From the NCBI GenBank assembly GCA_964009795.1, contig CAXGHQ010000007.1:81553-145552 (forward strand): DNA of 64,000 bases. Reading direction: 5' to 3'. The stretch is from an uncultured Ponticaulis sp. (GTDB lineage: Bacteria; Pseudomonadota; Alphaproteobacteria; Caulobacterales; Hyphomonadaceae). The notes beneath the pieces are model-generated. The model was not told where the DNA came from. It ran no database searches and saw only the letters and a list, made by a program, of their open reading frames with translations. Of the stretch, positions 1-10,716 are shown one piece after another. Position numbers and translations under genes: made by a program. Every line of letters begins with the position of its first letter. Within the stretch, counting starts at the first letter, position 1.

Positions 1-1
1 T

Positions 2-274
2 ACCAACCCGACCCATTATTCGATCGCGCTGCGCTATGATGATGAAACGCCCGCGCCGATCTGTATTGCCAAAGGGGTGGATGAGGTCGCGCTGCGGATC
101 CGGGAAGTCGCAGAAGCCCACGATATTCCCATGGTCGAGAACCCACCGCTGGCCCGCGCGCTTTATGCCAATATCGAGATCGATGAGGTCATCCCGCGCG
201 AGCATTATGAAGCCGTCGCCAAAATTATCAGCTTTGTCATGCGGACGAAGCGCAAGCCTGCGGGGAGAGCGTGA
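2..274 (+). CDS. flhB: Flagellar export protein FlhB, C-terminal part (truncated by window start)
   Basis: Frame from base 2 reads TNPTHYSIALRY...P...AKGVDEVALRIREVAEAHDIPMVENPPLARALY, the FlhB NPTH autocleavage motif and C-domain; lies upstream of cckA. Confidence 0.93.
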   Translation, partial: TNPTHYSIALRYDDETPAPICIAKGVDEVALRIREVAEAHDIPMVENPPLARALYANIEIDEVIPREHYEAVAKIISFVMRTKRKPAGRA

Positions 275-340
275 CATGATACTACGTCTCTTTGCGCGAA
301 TCGTGACACTTTGTGTAACTTATCGAGTGAGTAAACCGTC

Positions 341-2902
341 ATGACTGATGCATCTGACATCAAATCCGAAACGCCTGAAAAAGACGATGCCATGCCCCAA
401 TCGGGCGGTCTGGACGTGTTTCAGGCAATGTTCTGGCTCTCGCTGCTTATCGCCGTTGTCGCGGCGTGTATTGCGATTGTGAGGCCGGATGCGGTCGGTC
501 AGACCGGGCCGGTTCTCCTCATCGCGCTGGCATCCGGGGGAATGGTATTCCTCGTCTGGGTGCTGCGGGGCGCGGGTCGAAAGCTCGGCATGTTCCCGTC
601 GCGCGGCGCGGCAGAGGCGGCGGCTTCCGTGAAGAAACAACCCTTCTCATGGATCAATACGCTCGATGAAGCCGTGATCGTCACCGAAGCCGGCGGCGGC
701 GCGGTTGCGGCCAATAGCGCCTATTTCGAGCTGATGAAAGATTTTGGTGCGTCTTCAGAAGGTGAGCGGGCTCTGACGGTTGATCGACTGCTCGGTGCGA
801 ACCCGGGGCTCAGTGCGCCGATTTATCGTCTCTCCCGCTCAGCCAAAGCGGCAGAAACTCGTCATGAAGTTCTGCCAGCCATCGCACTTGGTGCGGAGAA
901 TATTCCGGTCCAGTTCGAAGCTGTTGTCTCGCCACTCGAGCAGGGACGTACGCTCTGGCGTCTGCGCCGTCTTGCTGGCATGACCCAGGCGCTTGGCGCG
1001 GCAGATGCACGGGCGCTGTTCGTGGAGGATGCGCCGCTCGGTTTCTATGTGGCCGGGGCGAATGGCCAGATCACTTATATGAATGGCTGGCTTCGTAATT
1101 TCCTTGGTCTGCCTGATGAGTTCGGCGATCTGAAGGTCGACGATATTCTGCGACCGGAATCCGTGAAGGTCTTCAAACGTGACCGACGCACGGCTGAGCC
1201 GCTCTGGCTTGATCTGCATTTCCGGGCGCGCGACGGTATGGAAACTCAGATGCAGACCGCCACCACCTGGACAGGGCGTGGCCCGGACTCGGTCTCCCGC
1301 TCCATTGTTCTAGCTCCTGCCACGGCCAAAATGAGCGCGCGCGATCGTCTCACTGCAGTCTCCTCATCACGGCCACCGAAAGGCGAATACGATCCGCTTT
1401 TCGAGGATGCCCCCATCGGTGTTGCGCGCCTTGAAGGTGACTCGCTGTCGGCGGCCTGCATCATCGACACCAACCGCACGCTTGTTGAAGTTACAGAGGG
1501 CGGCGCCATTCCGGGGGGGCGATTTGCCGATCTGTTCGTCTCGGCAAGCGATGACCGTGATGTGGCGCAATTGCTGACCTCTGCGGTGGACACACCCATA
1601 CTCCTCAAGACCAAAACCCAGCCGGAACGTTTTGTCAGCGTCTATATCACGCTTGATACCGGTGGACGTCCAATGGCCGCCTACGCCATCGATGTGTCTG
1701 AAGAATCCCAATTGAAGGACCGTCTGGTTCAGGCCGAGAAAATGCAGGCTGTGGGCACGCTTGCGGGCGGTGTCGCGCACGACTTCAACAATATGCTGAC
1801 TGCCGTAATGGGCTTTACCGACAATCTGCTCGCCCGCCACCCGGTTGGCGATCCGAGCTTTAATGATCTGCAGGAAATTTCCGAGACGCTGACCCGTTCG
1901 GCTGAGCTGGTAAAAATGCTGCTCGCCTTCTCGCGCCAGCAAACCTTCAAGCGCGAAATGCTGAACGTCTCAAACGTGCTTAGCGAGCTCAATTATCTTA
2001 TCCGCCCGCTGCTCGATGAGCGTGTGACCCTGAAACTGCGCCATGGCCGTGACCTGCCCATGATCCGCGCCGATAAAGGGCAGCTCGAAAACGCCATTAT
2101 CAATCTGTCCGTCAACGCACGTGATGCCATGGTGGAAAAAGGTGGCGGCGTTCTGACCATCTCGACCAGCCGCGCCACCGAAGAAGATGCGCGCAAACAT
2201 GGCTTCGAGTTTGTGGCGGAGGGCGAGTATCTGTGCATCGAAGTCGCCGATAACGGCACGGGCATGCCGCCTGAAGTCATGGAGAACATCTTCGAGCCCT
2301 TCTTCACAACGAAAGATCAGGGCAAGGGGACCGGACTTGGCCTGGCAACCGTTTATGGCATCGTCAAACAATCGGGCGGCTATATCTGCCCAGCCAGTAA
2401 AGTGGGTGAGGGCACCAGCTTCTTCATCTATCTGCCGGCTTTGACTGCCGAAGAAGTTGAAGAGGAGCTCGCCGCGCAGAAGCCGGAAGCCACGCCAGAG
2501 CCCGCCAATCGCGCGCCGCGTGACCTTGCCGGGCGCGGTCTTATTATGCTCGTTGAGGATGAAGACGGCGTTCGCAACATCGCCGTTCAGACGCTGAAAG
2601 CCCGCGGCTATGAGGTGATCTCCGCTGCTGATGGCGAAGAAGCGCTCGAGCTGATCCAGGAAAATCAGGGCAAGATCGATCTTCTGATCTCTGACGTCAT
2701 CCTGCCCGGCATTGATGGCCCGAACCTGCTCAAAAAGGCGCGAGAGTTCCTCGGTGATGCGCGCGTGATGTTCATCTCTGGCTATTCAGAAGGCGACCTC
2801 ACCAAAACGCTGGACGAAGAGCGCGCCATCTCCTTCCTCGCCAAGCCGTTCCGCATGGCAAACCTCGCAGAACGCGTAAAGGAAGAACTCGAAGCGGCTT
2901 GA
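341..2902 (+). CDS. cckA: Hybrid histidine kinase CckA (2 TM, PAS domains, HisKA, HATPase, REC)
   Basis: N-terminal TMs, H-box GGVAHDFNNML, G-boxes DNGTG and GKGTGLGL, C-terminal receiver LLISDVILPG; flhB-cckA-recA context. Confidence 0.9.
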   Translation: MTDASDIKSETPEKDDAMPQSGGLDVFQAMFWLSLLIAVVAACIAIVRPDAVGQTGPVLLIALASGGMVFLVWVLRGAGRKLGMFPSRGAAEAAASVKKQPFSWINTLDEAVIVTEAGGGAVAANSAYFELMKDFGASSEGERALTVDRLLGANPGLSAPIYRLSRSAKAAETRHEVLPAIALGAENIPVQFEAVVSPLEQGRTLWRLRRLAGMTQALGAADARALFVEDAPLGFYVAGANGQITYMNGWLRNFLGLPDEFGDLKVDDILRPESVKVFKRDRRTAEPLWLDLHFRARDGMETQMQTATTWTGRGPDSVSRSIVLAPATAKMSARDRLTAVSSSRPPKGEYDPLFEDAPIGVARLEGDSLSAACIIDTNRTLVEVTEGGAIPGGRFADLFVSASDDRDVAQLLTSAVDTPILLKTKTQPERFVSVYITLDTGGRPMAAYAIDVSEESQLKDRLVQAEKMQAVGTLAGGVAHDFNNMLTAVMGFTDNLLARHPVGDPSFNDLQEISETLTRSAELVKMLLAFSRQQTFKREMLNVSNVLSELNYLIRPLLDERVTLKLRHGRDLPMIRADKGQLENAIINLSVNARDAMVEKGGGVLTISTSRATEEDARKHGFEFVAEGEYLCIEVADNGTGMPPEVMENIFEPFFTTKDQGKGTGLGLATVYGIVKQSGGYICPASKVGEGTSFFIYLPALTAEEVEEELAAQKPEATPEPANRAPRDLAGRGLIMLVEDEDGVRNIAVQTLKARGYEVISAADGEEALELIQENQGKIDLLISDVILPGIDGPNLLKKAREFLGDARVMFISGYSEGDLTKTLDEERAISFLAKPFRMANLAERVKEELEAA

Positions 2903-2921
2903 TCTAGCGGGAAAAGAAAGC

Positions 2922-2958
2922 GCCCGACCCTATATATTGTGGGGTCGGGCTTTTCTTT
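2922..2958 (+). terminator. Rho-independent terminator after cckA
   Basis: Stem gcccgaccc/gggtcgggc followed by ttttcttt. Confidence 0.75.
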
Positions 2959-2993
2959 GTTTTCCGTTTGTTCTTTTGGAACAAAAGTGGTAC
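2959..2993. promoter_or_regulatory. Two oppositely oriented alphaproteobacterial LexA (SOS) boxes upstream of recA
   Basis: GTTT-N7-GTTC at 2959-2973 and GAAC-N7-GTAC at 2979-2993; consensus GTTC-N7-GTTC / GAAC-N7-GAAC. Confidence 0.8.
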
Positions 2994-3062
2994 AAATCTC
3001 TCCCAATGGAGGGTTTTCGGGCTGGTGATGGCTCAGAGACTCACGTACAGTAGGAGAGAATT

Positions 3063-4145
3063 ATGGGACAACCGGCATTACGTGTCGTAGAAGGTAACGG
3101 CGTGGATAAGCAGAAAGCACTCCAGACTGCCCTCGGGCAAATTGAACGCAATTTTGGCAAGGGCTCGGTCATGCGACTGGGCGATAATCAGGCCATGGAT
3201 ATTGAAGCGGTTTCGACCGGTTCTCTTGGTCTCGATATCGCTCTGGGCATTGGCGGTCTGCCAAAAGGCCGAATTATTGAGGTCTATGGACCTGAAAGTT
3301 CGGGTAAAACCACCCTGGCCCTCCATGTGGTCGCCGAAGCTCAGAAAAATGGCGGCGTCTGTGCCTTCATCGACGCTGAGCACGCGCTCGACCCTGTTTA
3401 TGCGGGCAAGCTGGGTGTTGATCTCGACGATCTGCTTGTCTCTCAGCCCGATACGGGCGAGCAGGCGCTCGAAATCACGGACACGCTCGTTCGTTCCGGC
3501 GCGATTGACGTTCTCGTCGTCGACTCTGTTGCGGCACTCACGCCTCGCGCCGAACTTGAAGGCGAGATGGGCGATTCCCTGCCGGGTCTGCAGGCTCGTC
3601 TGATGAGCCAGGCGCTCCGTAAGCTGACCGGCTCCATCTCAAAATCCCATTGTATGGTGATTTTCATCAACCAGATCCGGATGAAGATCGGCGTGATGTT
3701 TGGAAGCCCGGAGACAACATCAGGCGGTAATGCGCTGAAATTCTATGCGTCTGTGCGGCTTGATATCCGCCGGATCGGTTCCATCAAGGATCGTGACGAA
3801 GTGGTGGGCAACCAGACGCGCGTGAAGGTCGTCAAGAACAAGACTGCGCCCCCGTTCCGGACTGTTGATTTCGACATCATCTATGGCGAAGGCGTCTCCA
3901 AAATGGGTGAGTTGCTCGACCTTGGCGTGAAAGCCGACGTGGTGGAGAAATCTGGCTCATGGTTCTCTTATGGCGGTGATCGGCTCGGTCAGGGGCGCGA
4001 GAATTCCAAGAAATTCCTGCGTGATAATCCGGCGATTGCTCATGAGATTGAAGACAAGATCCGGGCTCATGCCGGTCTTATTGCCGATGCCATGCTGACC
4101 GGCGAAGACGAGTCCGATGACGATGATGTTGCCGTAAACGAATAA
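3063..4145 (+). CDS. recA: Recombinase RecA
   Basis: GPESSGKTT Walker [37 protein letters not shown]. Confidence 0.99.
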   Translation: MGQPALRVVEGNGVDKQKALQTALGQIERNFGKGSVMRLGDNQAMDIEAVSTGSLGLDIALGIGGLPKGRIIEVYGPESSGKTTLALHVVAEAQKNGGVCAFIDAEHALDPVYAGKLGVDLDDLLVSQPDTGEQALEITDTLVRSGAIDVLVVDSVAALTPRAELEGEMGDSLPGLQARLMSQALRKLTGSISKSHCMVIFINQIRMKIGVMFGSPETTSGGNALKFYASVRLDIRRIGSIKDRDEVVGNQTRVKVVKNKTAPPFRTVDFDIIYGEGVSKMGELLDLGVKADVVEKSGSWFSYGGDRLGQGRENSKKFLRDNPAIAHEIEDKIRAHAGLIADAMLTGEDESDDDDVAVNE

Positions 4146-4266
4146 GTGTCAGGAAAGCCAGCCGCGAAGCGGTTGGCGAATGGCGTCCTCATCTATATAT
4201 CCGGTGATTGGTTCTGCGCCCTGATGAAGGGCGCAGATGCATTTTTGGCCTCCAGGACCCAGCAAG

Positions 4267-6918
4267 ATGACAAGTGTTTCGGATATTCGTTCAGGTTTTC
4301 TGTCTTTCTTTGAAGAACGCGGACACACCGTCAAACCATCGGCGCCATTGGTGCCGGAGAACGACCCGTCACTTCTGTTTGTCAATGCGGGCATGGTGCC
4401 CTTCAAGAATATCTTTACGGGCGCAGAGAAGGCCTTTGCTCCGCGCGCAACCACGTCTCAGAAATGTGTCCGCGCTGGCGGTAAACATAATGATCTCGAC
4501 AATGTCGGCTATACTGCCCGACATCACACCTTCTTCGAAATGCTCGGTAATTTCTCCTTCGGTGACTATTTCAAAGAAGAAGCCATTAAGCACGCCTGGG
4601 ATCTGGTAACAGGCGAGTTTGGTCTACCGAAAGAGAAACTTCTCGTCACCATCTATTCCGAAGACGACGAAGCTTTTGATCTCTGGAAGAAAATTGCGGG
4701 ATTTTCAGATGACAAGATCATCCGGATTTCGACCTCAGACAATTTTTGGTCCATGGGGGATACCGGTCCTTGCGGCCCGTGTTCGGAGATTTTTTATGAT
4801 CATGGTCCGGACATCTGGGGTGGCCCTCCGGGTAGTCCTGAAGAGGATGGTGATCGCTTTATCGAAATCTGGAATCTCGTCTTCATGCAGTTCAACCAGC
4901 TTGCCGGTGGCGAGCGGGAAAATCTGCCTAAGCCAAGTATCGATACCGGCATGGGGCTCGAACGGATTTCGACCATTCTGCAGGGCGTGCACAATAATTA
5001 CGACATTGACCTGTTCCAGTCGCTGATCCGTGCGGAGGAAGACGTCTATAAACGCAAAGCATCGGGCGATGATCTGGCGAGTTTCCGTGTCATTGCAGAC
5101 CATCTTCGGTCGTCTGCATTTTTGCTCGCCGACGGCGTCATGCCATCCAATGAGGGCCGCGGATATGTGCTGCGTCGGATCATGCGTCGCGCCATGCGTC
5201 ACTCCCACCTTTTGGGCGCAGACGAGCCCAAAATGCACGAACTGACGGGCGCGCTCGTTACCGAAATGGGCGAAGCCTTCCCGGAGCTGAAACGCGCCGA
5301 ACCGATGATCACCGCACAGCTTGAACAGGAAGAAGCCCGCTTCCAGCGCACGCTGGGGCGCGGTCTGGCGTTGCTTGACGATGCAACGGAAGGCCTGAAA
5401 GACGGCGCAGCGCTGCCTGGCGAAACCGCCTTCAAACTCTATGACACTTATGGCTTCCCGCTCGACCTCACACAGGATGTGTTGCGTGGTCGTGGCCTCA
5501 CGGTTGATACAGATGGTTTTGACGCCGCAATGGCCGAACAAAAAGCCTCAGGTAAAGCCAATTGGAAAGGCTCGGGCGATTCTGCGACCGAAGAAGTCTG
5601 GTCCGAGCTGTTCTCGCGATTGGGGCCAACCCTGTTCACCGGCTATTCTGACACCGAAGGCAAGGGCGAACTCCTCGCCATCGTGCAGGGCGGCGGATTG
5701 GTAGATAGCGCCGGAGATGGCGATGTCGAACTCGTCTTCGATCAGACGCCATTCTATGCCGAGAGCGGTGGTCAGTCAGGCGATCACGGCGTGATCCGCT
5801 TTGCGTCCGGCGCCGAGTTCGAAGTCACAGACACCCAAAAACGAGGTGGCGGTATTTTCAGCCATCAGGGAAAGCTGACCAGCGGCAAGCTTTCTGTCGG
5901 TGATCGCGCTGATCTTGCCATCGACACGGAACGTCGTCTGGCCATCAAAGCGAACCATTCAGCAACCCACCTTCTGCACGCGGCGCTTCGAAATGTCCTC
6001 GGCTCACATGTGACGCAGAAAGGCTCGCTTGTGGAAGCCGACCGTCTAAGGTTTGACTTCAGCCATGGCCAGCCCGTGTCCAAAGACGAGCTTAAAGCCA
6101 TTGAAGACGAGGTGAATGCCGTTATTCGCCAGAATACGCCGGTATCCACGGCCGAAATGGCGCCTGAAAAGGCGATTGAAAACGGCGCGCTGGCGCTGTT
6201 CGGCGAGAAATATGGCGACATTGTCCGCGTGCTCACCATGGGCGACCACCTCACGGAAGACAGCCATTATTCCATGGAATTCTGTGGCGGTACGCATGTC
6301 AGCCGCACGGGTGATATTGCGATCTTCACCATTCTCTCTGAGGGAGGCGTCTCGTCTGGCATTCGCCGGATCGAAGCCACCACGGCCAAGCATGGCTTTG
6401 AACATCTCCGCGCGCAGGCAGAGCTCGCGCAATCTGCGGCAGACCGCCTGAAAACACCGCTGAACACGCTCGGTGACCGGATCGCCGCGCTTCAGGATCA
6501 GCGCAAGGAAATGGAGCGCGAACTTTCTGAAACCAAGCGTCAGCTTGCCATGGCTGGCCCGTCACAAGGTCCGGCTCAGGGGCCGGAAGAGATCAATGGC
6601 ATCAAACTGATGGCGCGGGTTCTTGATGGCGTGCCTGCCAAAGATCTCCGTTCACTGATGGATGAGGCAAAGCAAAGTCTAGGCTCGGGCGTCGCGGTGT
6701 TCGTGGCGGTCAATGAGGGCAAGGCGGCCGTAGCAACCGGGGTCACCAAGGATTTGATGGACAAGATCTCTGCCGTTGACCTCGTTAAGGCCGCGTCCGC
6801 GGCTGTCGGCGGCAAGGGTGGCGGTGGTCGGCCAGACATGGCCCAGGCCGGTGGCCCGGATGGCGACAAGGCCGATGCGGCGCTCGAGGCGGTGCGCGAT
6901 CTGCTAAAGTCCAGCTGA
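4267..6918 (+). CDS. alaS: Alanine--tRNA ligase
   Basis: [37 protein letters not shown]-terminal [16 protein letters not shown]; start placed at ATG 4267 (MTSVSDIR). Confidence 0.98.
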   Translation: MTSVSDIRSGFLSFFEERGHTVKPSAPLVPENDPSLLFVNAGMVPFKNIFTGAEKAFAPRATTSQKCVRAGGKHNDLDNVGYTARHHTFFEMLGNFSFGDYFKEEAIKHAWDLVTGEFGLPKEKLLVTIYSEDDEAFDLWKKIAGFSDDKIIRISTSDNFWSMGDTGPCGPCSEIFYDHGPDIWGGPPGSPEEDGDRFIEIWNLVFMQFNQLAGGERENLPKPSIDTGMGLERISTILQGVHNNYDIDLFQSLIRAEEDVYKRKASGDDLASFRVIADHLRSSAFLLADGVMPSNEGRGYVLRRIMRRAMRHSHLLGADEPKMHELTGALVTEMGEAFPELKRAEPMITAQLEQEEARFQRTLGRGLALLDDATEGLKDGAALPGETAFKLYDTYGFPLDLTQDVLRGRGLTVDTDGFDAAMAEQKASGKANWKGSGDSATEEVWSELFSRLGPTLFTGYSDTEGKGELLAIVQGGGLVDSAGDGDVELVFDQTPFYAESGGQSGDHGVIRFASGAEFEVTDTQKRGGGIFSHQGKLTSGKLSVGDRADLAIDTERRLAIKANHSATHLLHAALRNVLGSHVTQKGSLVEADRLRFDFSHGQPVSKDELKAIEDEVNAVIRQNTPVSTAEMAPEKAIENGALALFGEKYGDIVRVLTMGDHLTEDSHYSMEFCGGTHVSRTGDIAIFTILSEGGVSSGIRRIEATTAKHGFEHLRAQAELAQSAADRLKTPLNTLGDRIAALQDQRKEMERELSETKRQLAMAGPSQGPAQGPEEINGIKLMARVLDGVPAKDLRSLMDEAKQSLGSGVAVFVAVNEGKAAVATGVTKDLMDKISAVDLVKAASAAVGGKGGGGRPDMAQAGGPDGDKADAALEAVRDLLKSS

Positions 6919-6936
6919 TCGGGCGATTGCACCCTC

Positions 6937-7425
6937 ATGTTCATCCGGCCTTACCAGACAGGCGATTTTGATCGTCTTTACGACATTAATTACCTGTCAA
7001 CGCCCGGGGTGAGTGACGAAACCCGTGAGGCGTTTGAGGGCATTGTCGGGCTGTCGATCTGCATCGTCATCGGGCAGGAGACAATGCCGGACGGCTTCAT
7101 CAATCTGATCGAGCCTGGCACCATGGCCTATAAAAGCCCTAATCTGCGCTGGTTCGAAGCCTGGCAGGCCGAACAAGGCGGCAAACTCCTCTATGTCGAC
7201 CGGATCGCCTTCCACCCAGATGCGCGGGGGCAGGGGTTGGGACGCGAACTCTATGCTTATGTCACGGAATATATTTCCGGCGATTACGCCCTGGGTGCGG
7301 AGGTGAATACCCTCCCGAATAATCCGGGCAGCCATCGCTTCCATCAGAGCCTTGGCTTTGAAAAAGTGGGTGAACAGGCCTTCTCGCCAGAGAAAGCCGT
7401 TGCCTATTATTTGCGCCGTCCCTAA
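6937..7425 (+). CDS. GNAT-family N-acetyltransferase
   Basis: [21 protein letters not shown] acetyl-CoA motif; [13 protein letters not shown]. Confidence 0.85.
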   Translation: MFIRPYQTGDFDRLYDINYLSTPGVSDETREAFEGIVGLSICIVIGQETMPDGFINLIEPGTMAYKSPNLRWFEAWQAEQGGKLLYVDRIAFHPDARGQGLGRELYAYVTEYISGDYALGAEVNTLPNNPGSHRFHQSLGFEKVGEQAFSPEKAVAYYLRRP

Positions 7426-8123
7426 CCGGCGATCTCAGGCAGGTTTGCGGGCACCAGCGGCCCGAATTCAGCTTCAAATGCCTGCTTCATGGAAATGTCG
7501 ACATCTGCCATCGAAACCGGCAGACCAAGATCCACGAGGCTGGTCACGCCATAGCGTGGGTCGGCCACGCCGCACGGAGTGATGCCGCCGAAATGCGAAA
7601 GGTCCGGCTCCACATTCAGGCTAATCCCGTGAAAACTCACCCATTTCTTCAGGCGAATTCCCAGGGCTGAAATCTTGTCTTCACGCTCCGGTCCGCCGCT
7701 CACTGTCCGGTCAACCCAGACGCCAATCCGCGGCTGGTCGCGGCGTTCGCCTTTCACATTGAAGTCGGCCAGTGTCTGGATCACCACATCTTCGAGGGCG
7801 TGAATGAATTTACGTACATCCTGCTGGCGCTTGCGCAGATCCAGCATGACATAGGCAATGCGCTGGCCCGGCCCATGATAGGTGAATTGCCCGCCGCGAC
7901 CGGCCTCATAGACCGGAAACCGGTCGGCATCGAGCAGGTCAGACATGTTCGCGCTCGTCCCAGAGGTGTAGAGCGGCGGATGCTGCAGAAACCAGATCAG
8001 CTCCGGGGCCTCGCCCGCAATAATGGCCGCAACACGCGCTTCCATCAGGCGCATGGCCTCAGGATAGGGCACCAGTTCGTCTGACACGACCCAGTCAATT
8101 GGAAAATCAGCCTTCAGACTCAC
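7422..8123 (-). CDS. lipB: Octanoyltransferase LipB
   Basis: [44 protein letters not shown]; GTG start. Confidence 0.96.
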   Translation of the reverse strand: MSLKADFPIDWVVSDELVPYPEAMRLMEARVAAIIAGEAPELIWFLQHPPLYTSGTSANMSDLLDADRFPVYEAGRGGQFTYHGPGQRIAYVMLDLRKRQQDVRKFIHALEDVVIQTLADFNVKGERRDQPRIGVWVDRTVSGGPEREDKISALGIRLKKWVSFHGISLNVEPDLSHFGGITPCGVADPRYGVTSLVDLGLPVSMADVDISMKQAFEAEFGPLVPANLPEIAG

Positions 8124-8188
8124 CGCTTATTAACTCCGCAGTTACCAGCACCGACGACAATCAGGTGTCAGACAAATGGTGATTGGTC

Positions 8189-8440
8189 ATGTCGCGTCAA
8201 CTTGATGCCGTCAAAGTCGAAATTTCCGTCATTCTTGGCCGGACCCAGATTCCGATGCACCAATTGCTGCGCATGGGTCGTGGTGCGGTGATTCCGCTTG
8301 ATGTCCGCGAGACCGATCAGGTCTGGATCCTGGCGAATGATTTTCCCATTGCCAAAGGCGATGTCGAAATTGAAGGCGAGCGCATGTCGGTCCGCGTGAA
8401 GGGGCCAGCCAACGCGCAGGACTATGCCGCGGCCAGCTAG
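8189..8440 (+). CDS. FliM/FliN (SpoA) family small protein
   Basis: VEISVILGRTQIPMHQLLRMGRGAVIPLD...ILAND..IAKGDV, a SpoA-domain pattern. Confidence 0.8.
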   Translation: MSRQLDAVKVEISVILGRTQIPMHQLLRMGRGAVIPLDVRETDQVWILANDFPIAKGDVEIEGERMSVRVKGPANAQDYAAAS

Positions 8441-8555
8441 ACCACACCGTGAACCGGTCTGGTTCATATAACTTTATCCCGACTGTGATTTTCTTGAAAA
8501 TTCCTCTTCACAAGCGGACGCGTTTCGGGTTATGAGCGCCGCTCTGTTTCGGCGT

Positions 8556-8640
8556 GCGGTCGTGGCGGAATTGGTAGACGCGCAGCGTTGAGGTCGCTGT
8601 GGGGCAACCCGTGGAAGTTCGAGTCTTCTCGACCGCACCA
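8556..8640 (+). tRNA. tRNA-Leu (GAG)
   Basis: GCGGTCG acceptor / CGACCGC-ACCA, D-loop GGAATTGGTAGAC, anticodon arm CAGCG-TT-GAG-GT-CGCTG, long variable arm, T-loop GTTCGAGTC, encoded CCA. Confidence 0.97.
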
Positions 8641-8667
8641 AACATTCCGATTTTGCTTCGCAAAAAC

Positions 8668-8690
8668 AATCGCGCCAGTGGCGCGATTTT
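8668..8690 (+). terminator. Hairpin/terminator after tRNA-Leu
   Basis: Perfect stem aatcgcgcc-agt-ggcgcgatt then TT, nested in an outer aacattcc/ggaatgtt pairing. Confidence 0.5.
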
Positions 8691-9068
8691 AGGAATGTTT
8701 TGTGTTTCAACGTTTTGATCGCCCGCACTGGCTGCGCCAGCGCGATGGATAGCGCTCAGGGCTGCAGCCCCATTTTGGCATTTCTCCGGCGGATCAAATG
8801 TAGGGAAAAATTGTATCTCATCTGCCTCACGCCGTGTGAACCAGCTCTGGCCAGGCGGGCAAAGCCCGGGCTGCAGGTCTGCTGCTGTATGGATATGATG
8901 CACAGCATTTTTTTTGTGCACTCACCGCGTCATGCAGCGGCGCTGAGATCACATAACACCACGCTGGTCAAAGACATTAAAAGGCACTCTGAAAACAGCG
9001 ATGAAATGATTGCTGTACGACGGCGCGCAGCCTAGACTGTCGGTCAGATAATGTCGGGGAGGACTTAT

Positions 9069-10148
9069 ATGAAACGCCGTCTGTTCCACAGGCTCATTCT
9101 GCCTGTGCTTAGCCTTTTTCTTCTCGCGGCTTGCACTACCAACAAGGTTGAAGGGGAGGAACCTGCCATGAACATCAAAGGTGTAGAACTGACAGAGAAA
9201 TCAGTGAACGGCATCACCTTACGCGTCGCGGAAGCCGGACCTGAAGATGGCCCGCTCGTCATCCTTGTGCATGGCTGGCCCGAGCTCTGGTATTCCTGGC
9301 GCTATCAGATCCCGGCACTGGCCGAGGCCGGATATCGCGTCATCGTGCCGGATATGCGCGGTTATGGCGGGTCTGACGCGCCCGAGGCGATCGAGGCGTA
9401 CGACATTCACAAGCTCACGAGCGATGTTGTCGGCCTGATTGACGCCTATGGGCGCGAGGATGCCAATCTGGTCGGCCATGACTGGGGTGCTGCCGTGGCC
9501 TGGTATTCGGTGCTGCTGCATCCTGACCGGTTCAATTCGCTGGTGACGATGAGCGTGCCCTTCCCGCAGCGCGGCAATCGTCCGCCGACCGAAAGCCTGA
9601 ACCACGCGTTTGGCGATAACTTCTATTACATGCTCTATTTTCAGGAGCCAGGCGTCGCTGAAGCGGAGTTCGAAGCCGACCCTGAGCGGATTCTGAAACG
9701 GCTCTATGCCTCGCCGTCGACACCGCGTGTGCCGCCTGAGATCACCGACCCGAAGGCCGCAGCAGGTGGGTTTGCAGGACGTCTCGGTGCGCCAACAGAA
9801 CACCCTGAATGGATGAGCCCGTCTGATCTCGACTATTATGTTGAGAACTTCGAGGGCTCCGGTTTTCACGGCGGTATCAATTATTATCGCAATCTCGACC
9901 GCAATTGGGAAACCACGCCAGAGCTTGCTGAGGCGACAATCGACATTCCGACGCTGTTCATTGCCGGCGAAAAGGATGTGGTGATTGGCGGCGCAACCGC
10001 TGATCAGCTTAAGGCCAGTATGTCACCGCGCGTGACACAGCTTGAAGACATCACGCTCTATCCGAACACCGGGCATTGGGTGCAACAGGAAGAAGCCGAC
10101 CGCGTGAATGCCGACCTGCTGGCATTCTTGGGCAAAGTTGCAGACTGA
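9069..10148 (+). CDS. Epoxide-hydrolase-like alpha/beta hydrolase, predicted lipoprotein
   Basis: HGWP, DMRGYG, GHDWG nucleophile, YYR, GHWVQQE; signal ending LLAAC. Confidence 0.85.
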   Translation: MKRRLFHRLILPVLSLFLLAACTTNKVEGEEPAMNIKGVELTEKSVNGITLRVAEAGPEDGPLVILVHGWPELWYSWRYQIPALAEAGYRVIVPDMRGYGGSDAPEAIEAYDIHKLTSDVVGLIDAYGREDANLVGHDWGAAVAWYSVLLHPDRFNSLVTMSVPFPQRGNRPPTESLNHAFGDNFYYMLYFQEPGVAEAEFEADPERILKRLYASPSTPRVPPEITDPKAAAGGFAGRLGAPTEHPEWMSPSDLDYYVENFEGSGFHGGINYYRNLDRNWETTPELAEATIDIPTLFIAGEKDVVIGGATADQLKASMSPRVTQLEDITLYPNTGHWVQQEEADRVNADLLAFLGKVAD

Positions 10149-10204
10149 TCTCACGCGCGCATTTGGCGCTTGCGCGGGGCTGAGCAATGTCAGATGGGTA
10201 ATCC

Positions 10205-10633
10205 ATGACTGACCGCTCTCCCCGCACACCGGATGACCAGGCTGACCTGTTTCAGACCTATCTCGATCTTCCCTCGCATCGCCTGTTTGGCCTGAGACTG
10301 CTCTCCGCCAAAGAGGGCGTGTCTCAGCTTACCTTTGAGACCTCGAATGCTGCGCTCGTGCCGGGCGGTTATGTCCATGGTGGCGTCAGCTCGCTCCTGA
10401 TGGAGCCTGCGGCCATGATTGCGCTAGTGACTGTCTTGGCCGCCGACCGCTGGACGGTCACCTCCACCAGCGAATATCGCATGCTTCGGGCGGTGCCCCA
10501 GGGTTCTGATGTGCTGTTGGAAGGGCGCGTCGCGCGTGTTGGTCGTCATCTCGCTCATGTCGATGTCGCACTCACCATAGACGGTGTGCCGCATGTTGAA
10601 GGCCGCTTTGTAAAATCCATCATCCCGGCCTGA
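10205..10633 (+). CDS. PaaI-family (hotdog) thioesterase
   Basis: VHGGVSSLLME motif, hotdog-fold size. Confidence 0.8.
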   Translation: MTDRSPRTPDDQADLFQTYLDLPSHRLFGLRLLSAKEGVSQLTFETSNAALVPGGYVHGGVSSLLMEPAAMIALVTVLAADRWTVTSTSEYRMLRAVPQGSDVLLEGRVARVGRHLAHVDVALTIDGVPHVEGRFVKSIIPA

Positions 10634-10716
10634 CGCGACGCAATTTCGATTGACCAGTGCGGCGCACTCTGCGACGACATGGCTTCGCCTTTAAACCTTG
10701 CTTTGCGGAGTCTGAC

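Noticed and set aside
8556-8640. tRNA-Leu as the attachment site of a genomic island
   Set aside because: I found no duplicated tRNA 3' end and no integrase in the window.
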